NCBI GenBank assembly: GCA_964036045.1
Contig: OZ038378.1
Coordinates: 165,292,001-165,356,000 of the forward strand
Direction of reading: 5' to 3'
Source of the DNA: Eutreptiella sp. 'Long Island Sound 2002'
Taxonomy: Eukaryota > Protista > Euglenida
Length of the DNA: 64,000 bases
The notes beneath the pieces were generated by a model, which searched no databases, had not been told where the DNA came from, and saw only the letters and a list, made by a program, of their open reading frames with translations. Below are positions 26,200-37,351 of this stretch, in pieces. Position numbers and translations under genes: made by a program. The first letter of the stretch is position 1, and every line of letters begins with the position of its first letter.

Positions 26200-28329
26200 A
26201 TGGCCCTTGCTGCTGCCCACGCTTGGTGCGAGCACCATCAAAAGCTCCTTGGGGTCCGTCGCCTTGGCGGTCCTGAGGGGTTTACGATGGGTGATGCCAA
26301 TGTGAGGCGCCCTGTGGCGACCCGCTTTGAACATGGTGTGGACTTTGGACTCCTTGTCCATAAGTCCCCCTTCATGGCGGACGACCGAGACCCCCTGGTT
26401 CTCAGCAACTACATCTTCGAGTTGCTAGAGGTAAATCCAGGGGTTGCTGGATTTTTGATCCAGCTTCATCCGGACGATGTGGACGCGGTGGTGGAGTCCG
26501 TCACCGCCCATGCCGAGAAGGGTGCGGGGACGAAGACGACCCTCTATGTGGGTCAGGAGGAGGAGGAAGTGGAGGAAGTGGAGGAGGAGGAGGAGGATGC
26601 GGGGGGGGTGGGGGCTGGGGGGAGGAAGGAGAAGCCCCACAACCCCCTCATGATTAGTGTCCAGAAGGTAAGGATCCGACCGGGTAAGGGGAAGGGGCAG
26701 TCGGATGGTTGGTTCCCCCAACCCCTCACCCACAACACCCGCCGGGTCTGCACTGACGACCCCGAAAACAAGCTCCCCATGCACTCCCTTTGCCCCACAA
26801 GGGAGTGGGAGCGTGAGTGGTATGGGGTCACCACTCCCAACATTGTTTCGGGGCAGGGGGTGATTCTTTTTCCATTTGGGGCAACACCCCCCCTTATTGG
26901 GGAGGCGGAGGAGGTGGTTGCCGCCGAGCCCTTGGGGGCCTTTAATAGGGACCCCAATGACCTTGTGCTCACGGTGGGGGGGAAGCTGGTGGTCAACCAC
27001 CTCCTGGAGCACGATTTTTTGAGTGCTGTGCAGCTCCAAAGTCTTTTGGATGATTTGGATAGGGTGCCTCTCTCAGAGAAGGCACCCATTTTCAATGAGA
27101 ACCCCCCCATTGTCGGCAGGCCCCAAGATTCTGGGACCCGCCGTACATTGTACGGCAACTATGGGGGTGCCAACCACCACAGGCACAACCCCCACAAGCT
27201 CCATGATCTGCCAGTCCTCAAAAGGGTGGCAGATCGTGTGCTTGAGACGGCGAAGAAGACTGTGGTGGGGGGGGTTGGATGGAGCTGCACCATCCTTGAC
27301 ATGGCCGAAATTTCGAGCTATGACCACACCCCCCAGCACCTCCATCGCGACGCCCCCCCCTACACCATTCCTGAAGGCACATTGATTGTCAATTGCCTTA
27401 TTATGCTAACCCATAATCATGAGGAGGAGGATGGGTCACATTTTCTTTTTGTGCCCTCCAGCAGTTCGGGGTTCCCTGACCCTTGGGTGGAGAGGGCTGT
27501 GCCATTCAAGAGGGGCACTGCCTTTTTTTTTAATGCCCTTGATGTCCACAGGGGGTCGGGGATTCCCAAGGCCTCCCCCACGGGGGTGTCCCACCCCCGC
27601 CTCATGGCATTTTTTGCCATTGAGCTTACCGTGGGGGGGAATCTTCGATTCCCCAACCTGCACGTGACCCAGTCCATTAAGAGGCCCCAGCTGGGGGCAC
27701 CTGGTGGCCGGGTGGCCAGGACAGTCCAGTGTGATGGGGCGGTTAGGTGTAGGGGGAAGGTGGTAGCCAATTGCTACGGATGCAATCGGCTGATTTTGTG
27801 CACCGCCCACAAAGATGGCCTTTGTGTGCCATGCCAGGAGGGGGAGGAGGTGGAGGGGGGGGAGGAGGAGGAGGTGGTGGTGGACCCCAATGGGGTCAGC
27901 ATTGAGCAATCTGCTCAGTGCTTGCTCCCGGTGGGAACAACCACAGGGCATTTTTTGTTGTCGGGGTGGGGGGTTGGGAGGGAGGTGATTGCCCCCCTCA
28001 CTAATGAGGAGGCGGGGGCGGTCGCAGGCCACCCCGATCAGTGCCCCTTGGCCAAGGTGTGCCATGGGGAGGCACTGCCCTGGCCCACCCTGCAAGGGCA
28101 TGTTGGGATGAAGGTGCCGGCGGGCACCATTTTGGTGGTGAGGAGGGGGTTGTATGGGGGAGTGGCAAGGGTGGCCCCTGAGGCGGAGGGGGTGGCCCAG
28201 GTGGTGGAGTGGCGGCAGGTGGGGGAGTATGCGGCCGTCACGGACTTCGTGTGGCTGCGGAGGCTGGGCCTGGTGCTGGACGACGCCAAGAAGGAGGGCC
28301 AAGGCATGTGTCCATGTCACCAGGTGTGA
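26200..28329 (+). CDS. Intronless 709-aa protein: acidic linker, 2OG-Fe(II) dioxygenase-like domain, C7H zinc-finger-like cluster, C-terminal beta-rich domain
   Basis: First ATG at 26200, TGA at 28327-28329. QHLHRD (HxD at 27343-27351), FKRGTAFFFNALDVHRGSG (His at 27547), RLMAFFAI (Arg at 27598). C-x5-C-x7-C-x2-C-x5-C-x2-H-x4-C-x2-C at 27730-27834. Confidence 0.88.
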   Translation: MALAAAHAWCEHHQKLLGVRRLGGPEGFTMGDANVRRPVATRFEHGVDFGLLVHKSPFMADDRDPLVLSNYIFELLEVNPGVAGFLIQLHPDDVDAVVESVTAHAEKGAGTKTTLYVGQEEEEVEEVEEEEEDAGGVGAGGRKEKPHNPLMISVQKVRIRPGKGKGQSDGWFPQPLTHNTRRVCTDDPENKLPMHSLCPTREWEREWYGVTTPNIVSGQGVILFPFGATPPLIGEAEEVVAAEPLGAFNRDPNDLVLTVGGKLVVNHLLEHDFLSAVQLQSLLDDLDRVPLSEKAPIFNENPPIVGRPQDSGTRRTLYGNYGGANHHRHNPHKLHDLPVLKRVADRVLETAKKTVVGGVGWSCTILDMAEISSYDHTPQHLHRDAPPYTIPEGTLIVNCLIMLTHNHEEEDGSHFLFVPSSSSGFPDPWVERAVPFKRGTAFFFNALDVHRGSGIPKASPTGVSHPRLMAFFAIELTVGGNLRFPNLHVTQSIKRPQLGAPGGRVARTVQCDGAVRCRGKVVANCYGCNRLILCTAHKDGLCVPCQEGEEVEGGEEEEVVVDPNGVSIEQSAQCLLPVGTTTGHFLLSGWGVGREVIAPLTNEEAGAVAGHPDQCPLAKVCHGEALPWPTLQGHVGMKVPAGTILVVRRGLYGGVARVAPEAEGVAQVVEWRQVGEYAAVTDFVWLRRLGLVLDDAKKEGQGMCPCHQV

Positions 28330-28347
28330 AAACCTCCCACAACACCC

Positions 28348-28533
28348 TGCTCTAACCCCTGCTCTAACTAGTTATCGCGCTAGGTTATCGCGTTCTAACT
28401 AGGTGCTCTAACTAGTTATCGCGCTAGGTTATCGCGTTCTAACTAGTTATCGCGGGGTTATCGCGGGGGGTTATCGCGGGGGTTATCGCGCGATAACCTA
28501 GTTATCGCGGGGGTTATCGCGCGGGTTATCGCG
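28348..28533 (+). repeat. Right TTATCGCG array (11 copies), same orientation as the left array
   Basis: Counted directly. Palindrome GGTTATCGCGCGATAACC at 28481-28498. Followed by a T-rich tract ending in CAG (28564-28566). Confidence 0.9.
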
Positions 28534-28833
28534 TGTTTTTTTTTTTGTTTCTTTTGTTTTTTTCAGGCCACCATCTTGCAGCTGCCTAGTTAGAGCAAGG
28601 TGCTCTAACTGCGTTCTAACTCTGTTCTAACTGTGCTCTAACTCTTTGACCCCCCCCCCAAAAACCACCCCCATGATGCGGGTTATGTGGGGAAAGAAAG
28701 GGGATGGGGGGTTTTTGAGGGTGCTGAATCCATTTTTTTAGGTGGTTTGCCCCAAAATTGAGGGTAGGTGGGTGTTCCAGAAATTGCGTTCTAACTAGGG
28801 GTTCCGCACCACGCCCTAGAACGCTGCATCCCA

Positions 28834-29465
28834 ACGTCTCCGGTGGTTTGACGGTGGCGGTCGTTGCGTCAATGTCTCCGCTGGTTTGGCGGTGGCGGTT
28901 GTTGGGGCAACGTCTCCGGTGGTTTGGCGGTGGCGGTTGTTGGGGCAACATCTCCGGTGGTTTGGCGATGGCGGTTGTTGGGGCAACGTGTCCGGTGGTT
29001 TGGCGGTGGCGGTTGTTGGGGCAACGTCTCTGGTGGTTTGGCGGCCGCGGTTGTTGGGGCAACGTGTCCGGTGGTTTGGCGGTGGCGGTTGTTGGGGCAA
29101 CGTCTCTGGTGGTTTGGCGGCCGCGATTGTTGGGGCAACGTGTCCGGTGGTTTGGCGGTGGCGGTCGTTGGGGCAACGTCGCCGGTGGTTTGGCGGCCGC
29201 GGTTGTTGGGTCAACGTCTCTTGTGGTTTGGCGGCCGCGGTTGTTGGGGCAACGTGTCCGGTGGTTTGGCGGTGGCGCTTGTTGGGGCAACGTCTCTGGT
29301 GGTTTGGCAGCCGCGGTTGTTGGGGTAACGTCTCCGGTGGTTTGGCGGTGGCGGTCGTTGGGGCAACGTCGCCGGTGGTTTGGCGGTGGCGGTTGTTGGG
29401 GCAACGTCTCCGGTGGTTTGGGGGTGGCGGTTGTTGGGGCAACGTCTCCGGTGGTTTGGCAGTGG
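28834..29465. repeat. 38-bp minisatellite, right part (about 16-17 units)
   Basis: Same unit and orientation as 25047-25813, resuming immediately after the right TIR. Confidence 0.95.
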
Positions 29466-32400
29466 CTACCGGTCATCCTATGCCAACACAAGAAACTATC
29501 ATGCGCGGACGCGCTCGGCAGTTTGCGCCGCGGGGACGTGGGCTAGTACACACAAGTGGCCCCACTTGCACCTTCTCCAACACCACCAAACCAACCCATC
29601 CCCACCCATTACCATACACCACGCACCACTTGCCACACTAGATGGCACCCATGTCAGCATTGGTAACGAGGACAAAATACACGTACCACGGACACATGGC
29701 GGGGGTTAAGATGATGCGCTCGCCACAAGCGGCACTTGGCGTCAAAATGGAGCAGAAGGTTCTTCCCTTGTTGGGACCCCTTGTGACCCCGCAAGTGAAC
29801 ATACGAGGGCCTAACAACTGCCGCTGGGGAGGGGTTTCCTAGCGCAAGGGCCGTGTGAGAACCCGACATGGTGTAGCGACACAGGGAAAGTCCCAGGGCT
29901 CCGTTGGCACAACCTACCAAGGGAAAGGTAGGGTGCGAGAAGAGGGCCTCGGAGACCAAGGAGGGAGGGGGAGGACCCAAGGTGGTGAGAGGCCCATGGG
30001 CGCCATGCATATGAAACGTGTCAAGGAAAGGTGAGCATGTGGCGATTGTCCAATAGGTGCTGCTGGTAGCAAAGGACAACACGAGAGCTGGGCGTCATGG
30101 CCAATCTCCCTATGGGCCCCTGCTAGTGAGTACTTTGTTCTTTAGATTGGCATGGGTCGGCTGAAAGTTTTTGAAAATTTGACGCTTTCCCAAATCCCTA
30201 CACAGTGGCTACTAGGCCCATGTAGCCGTGCCTTGGACCACCCCAAAGGCCCCAAACTGCTGTTATTTCTCGGCTACTTAATGGCACCTTTTTTGGAAAA
30301 TTTTCGAAAACTTGTTTTTTTCGGACTCATTTGGTCGCTTTTGGCATGCGTTCGGGTGGTCATTTGGCGACAATTCAGGTGTTATAGCACCCATGGGGTC
30401 CCACATAGGGGCAACTAAGCCCATGTGGCCTCAGGCATGGGCACCCCAAAAGCCCTAAAATTGCTGCTTTTTTGTTACTTGGTTGGCTTGTACCCGTCAC
30501 TGTGTGTCAATTTCGCAGAGACAGGGCATGGGGGACAGGCTCAGGCTGATCAGGCTGTATGCGGCCGCCAGGGGTGAAGTCAATGACTCAGGGGGGGGGG
30601 GGATCCACTGTGTACTGGCCTTCAGAGCAGGGCAGCGCAATGCAAGGATCAAATCAGGACGTGGACACAGAGTGCAAACAGTGTGGGTCGCCTGCGATCT
30701 GTACGTTCCACAATTTCCCTCTATATAGACCCCCTGAACCATTGATGGGTGTCGCAAGCATTAACAACCATCAACAACCAGTAGCAATCATTAGCGACCA
30801 TGGTCAACCATTGGCGACCATTTGCGTGCATCTCAGGGACTCCGTTTCGAAAGCAATTCGTGTATGTATACCTCCGCGCTGTTAAGCCGGACATCAGGCA
30901 CACAACCGGCCATTCCTGGAACAGCCGCGATTTCAACACTCGCTTGATTTCGGCCGCCACCCTGCTGGGGTTGGGATTGATTAATTCGACGGATGCACAC
31001 TGGATCGACGTGGCCGGGTCATTCAACATTCAAATCTTGTTCACCCGAGCCGCAGAACGAAGGTCTTTCTTTCTCGGAACCTCTCATGTAAGATATAAGA
31101 TTTCCATGTAAGCCCCATGATGCTCGCTAGAATTGCCGTCGGAACTTGACGTGGATACATGCACGTGGACCTGCTTGGTGCATATGTTGACTCCCACCTT
31201 GCTTGTGATTGGTTTCCAAATAAAGTATCCTTGACATGGTGGCGTGGTTGAGTTGTAATCAAGTTCAGTCATCAGTATATATTACCCAATCCGCTTGTTG
31301 AAGGTGCAAATTGGAACGGTGCTTTTGGTGCACTCCGCCTGTCACGCCCAATAGAAATGGTCAATAGCTTCCTACAATGGTTGACATGGGATTGCATTCT
31401 AGTGCTGTCCACTACGACGGTGTTTAACTACTATAACATCCTTGTGTAAGTACCATGCACAATCTTTGCTTGACGCTTCAAAGTACATGTATTAGCCATC
31501 CACATCCATCATTCACAATGGTTGCATGCATGGGGGAGATTCATTTGAGTTGACATTGGTTTGGATACCCCATGATTCGTTCGTTTATCTCTTGTGCATT
31601 TCGCAGCTTTCTTGAGGATCTATCAGATGGAATGGACTCAACTTGTTCTGTGCAATGTAGAACTATAAATGTAATTGCAAACTGCACATTGGGATCTGCA
31701 AAGCGTAAGTTGAACCTCTAAACGTGTGAAATGCAAGTTCCACGGGTACACAACATGCAACAAACATCCGCACAGCGTGCATGCATGACGTAGTTGCCTG
31801 GTGAGAGGTTGTGAAAAGTGTTTGCTCAGTGTTTGCACCCGATTTCCTCAGCTGCCCCCGCCCCCAACCCAACCCTATTAGTTTGTTACTACTTCTCCCC
31901 GAACCAAACACATCCTAAACCCTCCCCACAGGAACGCACCTAAACTCGCTCGTTTGGCCAAGTAGTGCCAGCGAAAGCAAGATGAAACGGTAAAGGTACG
32001 AGCCCTTTGGGCGCCCAGCCTGTACTGTACCATGTAAACACACCATTGTTGACAAAACATGACTAGTGCGGGCCATGTGCCAAGTGCCACCTGTGGCTCC
32101 GGCACAGAGCTTTGCTGAAGGTGGGGTACACTGCAGTGTTCTTTTTTTTTTTTGGGAGGGGGGTGTTTGGGTGTTCTGGGGCCTGGGGGTGGGTTGGTGG
32201 GTTTGGTTGGGTTGCTTCTGGGTTGCTGCTGGCGGCCCCCGAATGCGGTGGGTACCAAACTATTTTGATCTGGGTACACGGTCTGTGGTTTGAGATCCGT
32301 GCCACGGGTGGTCCCCTGTCCAAATCCTTGACCCCCAACACCCATGCCCGCCACCAACCCCTCCGGGCCTCCGGCCCTGACCATCATTTGCCGGAGAAGG

Positions 32401-34718
32401 ATTTTTTGCACACGACCGAGAGGAAATCTTCTTAGTTCACCGCGTCCCATCTTACCCACTGTTTTGCTTTTCTTTGTGTGGGCAATTGTCTCCCCCCCCC
32501 CTCTGGGGCCTTGGCCTACCAGAGCCCTGTTGGGGTCTAGTATTTCAACAGGCGACCCCCCGCGTACCGTGCTAACGGCGCTGTTTGACGGGGAACAACC
32601 TTTGCGTCGCCACTTCAGGTCGCGGCGAGTCTTGTTTGTCGCAAGCGGTGTTGTACCTGTGGAGCGCTATAGCAGAGTGGCAGGCCCATAGCCCCCCCCC
32701 CCCTCCGCTCTGAGGCCCGGGGAGGGGGGGGGGGTTCCGGGTGTCCATGTTTTGTCACCCCCCCCCCCCTGGGTAAGAGACACAGGGGGCGCACCGCGCG
32801 CTGTGTGAAAAGTACGCTCTTTGGGGCCAGTTTTCCCCCCATGGGGCCGGTGACCGCAGGCCCCCGGGTTCCCACACACAAGGCTGCTTCACATTCTTCC
32901 TCAGCCCAAACACTCAGATAAGAAGTTCAACACGGGAAATGCCAGATCGCTTTCAGTTTCCCATTCAACTCTGCTGTCATTGCCCCGTGGGCGTATGCTC
33001 CCCCGCTAGTGGGTGGCGTGCAGGGTGGTCAGGGGGGAGCTCACTGGCTATCAGGCGCTGTGCGGTGAAAGGCGCCTATGACACGTCCCTTATGATCCCC
33101 TCTTTCTTGGCATGTGCTGTGTGACCCACCAACGCCCACATCCCCTTGTGCCGCACAGTCGATGCACGCGCACCCGTTTCTCGTAGCGCATGCCGGGGGG
33201 GGGTGGGCACAAGGCCTCGGTATCAGCACGGCCGGGGGGGGTGGGGGGCTGGCACAAGGCTTCGGTATCAGCCCGGCGGCGGGGGGGGGGGGGGGGGCAC
33301 AAGGCCTCGGTATCAGCACCGCGGGGGGTGGGGAGGGTCAATGGACTCCCGAACCATGAGAAAACATCAAAGGCAGTCCTCTGCAGTAGATCACCATCCA
33401 TCTTGAGCACTGAGTGAAACGCAACCGCGCGTCAACACCATCACAGAGCTCCTACAGGCCATCTGCCAAGCCAAAGGCAGAACTGTGGTCACAGCCGTAC
33501 ACAAGCATCAAGCCCAGACGTACGGGCGTGGCAGTCTCCCACTGCATCACCTGGTTTCAGACTCAGCTAATCCTCTCACTACGTGTCAGATCCGCTACCA
33601 CGGCCATTGTGGGATCATTGTAGCACTGGACAGCCCTGAACCTTGATTCCGAGAAGTTATCTCGAGTACTGTGATGTGAGCGGGCTACGCCCTCGGTGTT
33701 TTCGTGAAAAAACCTTGTTGCAGATCTCAATCACGGCACCGGGTGCAGCACGGGCACAATGGATGATAAATGGAAGGCTCATTACGTGTGTGCCACTGTG
33801 TACGGCTCATCATTAAGGGGCACAGGTCGACGGTGCCCCTTATTTACTATGTATGGCGACAGGCGGCTACATGTGGCTACACTAGAGAGCTGCGGACGGC
33901 TGTGTACGTCTGGGCTTGTGTTTTGTTCTTTTGTTTTTTGGGGGGTTTGGGGGGTTTGGGGGGACGATTGGGGTGGGGGGTGAAACTGCCGCGGGGAAAT
34001 CATACACTTCAGGTGCAAACAGGCCCAAAACGGCGCTTTCGGGGGACAAAAAGCACCACGAGGGGCGCCTAGTTGGTGGCTGGACTCCACTCGAGTTTAT
34101 ATGTAACCCAGAGGGGGGGAGAAAATGCGGTCGCTGGGATTGGCAAAAAATGCGGGAAAATGCGGAAAAAATGTTGAAAATGCGGCAAAAAATGCGATAG
34201 AAAATGCGGTTTTGTTGCCCCTCGAAACCCCTATGTTTCATCCATTTTTGAATTCTCCACAAAATTCTCAGTATTTTGAGCATAGACAAATAGGGTCAAA
34301 CAAAAAAACTTCCCGCTGCCTAAAAAAAAATTCTCCGGCGCCTCTGGCGCCCGCAAAACCTATTGTTCCTCACAACTAACTGACTACAATACAATGCCAC
34401 TAGAATGTTTCCTCTTGCACATTACACTAACGGACCTGCCCGGAAAATGCGAAAAAAATGCGGAAAATGCGGGAAAATGCGGACCGCATCCCCCCCCCCC
34501 CCCTCTGTGTACCCCCACCGTCACCGAATGATCACCCAAATTGCCAAGGGTCCTTAGGGGGTTGTCAGAGGTCACCCAAGAATTGCGATTTTTCAACCAA
34601 CCCATGCAGTCCTCAAACCAGCTCCTCACCGGTGGGGCCCCAGGGGGGGGCCAATCTTGCAAACCCTGATAACGTGACAACCAGATAGCACCCCAAAAGC
34701 CCCCCATCATTGGTTAGG

Positions 34719-35912
34719 GTCAGGCATCAGGTATTTGAGTCAGGCATCAGGTATTTGAGTCACACATCAGGTATTTGAGTCACGAATGAGGTACTTGAGT
34801 CACACATCATTTATTTGAGTCACACATCAGGTATTTGAGTGACACATCAGGTATTCGAGTCAGACATCAGGTATTTGAGTCACAGATCAGGTATTTGAGT
34901 CACACATCAGGTATGTGAGTCACACGCCAGGTATTTGAGTCAGGCATCAGATATTTGAATCCGGCATCCAGTATTTGAGTCAGGTATCAGGTATTTGAGT
35001 CACACATCAGGTATTTGAGTCACAGATCAGGTATTTGAATCACACATCTGCCATTTGAGTCACACATCAGGTATTTGAGTCACTTATCAGGTATTTGAGT
35101 CACACATCAGGTATTTGAGTCACACATCAGGTATGTGAGTCACACATCAGGTATTTGAGTCAGGCATCAGGTATTTGAATCTGGCATCCAGTATTTGAGT
35201 CAGGCATCAGGTATTTGAGTCACACATCAGGTATTTGAGTCACACATCAGGTATTTGAATCACACATCAGGCATTTGAGTCAGGCATCAGGTATTTGAGT
35301 CAGGCATCCGGCATTTGAGTCACACATCAGGTATTTGAGTCAGGCATCACGTATTTGAGTCACACATCACGTATTTGAGTCACACATGAGGTACTTGAGT
35401 CACACATCAGTTATTTGAGTCACACATCAGGTATTCGAGTCACTTATCAGGTATTTGACTCACACATCAGGTATTTGACTCACCCATCTGGTATCTGAGT
35501 CACACATCAGGTATTTGAGTCAGGCATCAGGTATTTGAATCCGGCATCAAGTATTTGAGTCAGGCATCAGGTATTTGAGTCACACATCAGGTATTTGAGT
35601 CACACATGAGGTACTTGAGTTAGGCGTCAGGTATTTGAGTCAGGCATCAGGTATTTGAGTCAGGCATCAGGTATTTGAGTCACACATCAGGTATTTGAGT
35701 CACACATGAGGTACTTGAGTTAGGCGTCAGGTATTTGAGTCAGGCATCAGGTATTTGAGGCACACATCAGGTATTTGGGTCATACATCAGGTACTTGAGT
35801 CACACATCAGGTATTTTTGAGTCACACATCAGGTATTTGAGTCAAGCATCAGGTATTCCAGTCATACATCAGGTATTTGAGTCAGACATTAGGTATTTCA
35901 GTCACACATCAG
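34719..35912. repeat. 20-bp satellite CAGGTATTTGAGTCACACAT, left block (about 60 units)
   Basis: Contiguous 20-bp units with ACAC/AGGC variants. Confidence 0.97.
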
Positions 35913-37351
35913 CCAAACGACCCCGGCCGAACAAGTATACCTGGGGGGGATGCGCCGGCGAAGAAGGGGGGTCTGGGCCGGGGGCCACAGGCCACCCCCC
36001 CGGAGGAGGGAGGTGGGGAACCACGGCGCGACCCCTCCGGCCCGGGGGCCACGGGGGCGCCGGCCCTCCACCCCCCCCAAGGCAGAGGGGACGTCCCCCC
36101 TCCCCCCGAAAGGGCCGCGGCGCCCGGGGGGGGGGACGCAGCTGAGCCCGTACGCCACGCGCCCCCACGCCCCCACCTGCCTGCTCCCACGGGGGCCGCA
36201 ACAGGCAAGCGAACCCGCGCCAGCGCACAAGGACGCCACACGGGCCACGCCCGGGGACAACACGCGAACACGAACCGGAGCAGTATGGGGGCCACGCCCT
36301 CCATGACCAGAGCGACGCCAGTGACACCCGCTTTGTTGCCTGCCCAGGGAAGGCAGAGGGACGGACCGAGGTAGGGCGACCCCCCGCCCCTCGGGGCCCC
36401 CCGGCCGCACCTCCGGGGAGGACGGCACACAGGCCGCCCCCCCCCCCCGCCCCCCCGGCACGGGCCCGCCCCAAGGGGGGCACACCACCCCAAGCCAGGC
36501 AGGGGGGGAACGGGACCGCCCCCCCCCCCCCCCCCAAGCAAGCCAAACGCAGCACGGGACCGAGGCAGGACACACGGAGGGGCACGGACCGCGTGGAACG
36601 GCCCTACCGGCGCCCAGCACCGGGACCGCGCGAGGTGCGCGCGCCACACCCACCCAGGGAGGGGGGGGGGGCGCGGACGCCGCGAGAGCGCGAGCGCACA
36701 CACACGCAAAGGACACGCGGGGAATACCAGAAGGGCAACCGGACCGAGCCCGCGGAACGCACAGACCGCATGGAATGGCGTACCAGCGAGCGAGGATAAG
36801 GGACACCCGGACGGGACGGCCCGCCACACACAGCGCGGGAAACGCGGGGCGGGAAGGGGGAAACGGGGAAGACACAAAACCCGGCACCGGCCCCAACCCC
36901 CCCGAACCGGCCGCGAGCGCCGCGCACACACGACCAGGGCACTGCACCCGCCAAGGCAGTAGTGGCGCACCGCGCCACGCACCAGCCCCACGGCTAGGCA
37001 GCCTCCGCGCCAGCCCAAGGGGGTCCCACTGGCGACAAGCCAGTAGCACGGGCCCGGCGGCGCCGGCAGCCCGGGCGACCACGCATTAGGGGGGCGACGC
37101 GGTGGGTAAGCGCCTGCAGCTACGGCTGCTAAGTGATGCACTGACCGGGGAGTGGCGAGAAGGGGAAGCCGGAGAGGGACAGGGCTCCGAACCCCGTGAA
37201 CCCGGGGGACTCCGCCACCAGGCAGGAGGTGTGTCATGAAGGGCCCCCCACTAGGACCCGGTGGGGAGGATATCACCTGGCCCGACCAGGTGGCCCCCCG
37301 GGGCCGAAAGTCGTCTAGTACCCGCAAAATCAAACCTCAAACCTCAAACCT
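35913..37351 (+). mobile_element. 1.44-kb GC-rich insertion with a (CAAACCT)3 tail, probably a 5'-truncated non-LTR retroelement copy
   Basis: CACATCAG on both sides (35905-35912 and 37352-37359). The 3' end has hairpins (CACCTGG...CCAGGTG) followed by TCAAACCTCAAACCTCAAACCT. No RT motif seen. Confidence 0.7.

Larger units (their letters stand above)
25814..28833. mobile_element. 3.02-kb TIR element without a transposase, carrying a 2OG-Fe(II) dioxygenase-like gene
   Basis: Perfect 36-bp TIR: TGGGATGCAGCGTTCTAGGGCGTGGTGCGGAACCCC at 25814-25849 and its reverse complement at 28798-28833. It interrupts one minisatellite unit (GGGCAAC | ACGTCTCC), consistent with a 2-bp AC duplication. Confidence 0.92.

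Noticed and set aside
25047-29465. CRISPR array, or long ORFs (PQQPPPPNHRRRCPNN..., VVGATSPVVWRRR...) in the 38-bp repeat
   Set aside because: The units are contiguous with no unique spacers and there are no cas genes. The 38-aa periodicity is simply three 38-bp units read through, and frames are open on both strands.
35898-37333. Long minus-strand ORFs (394 and 474 aa) in the GC-rich insert
   Set aside because: Extreme GC content suppresses stops in several frames. The translations are G/P/R/A-rich with no domain motifs.
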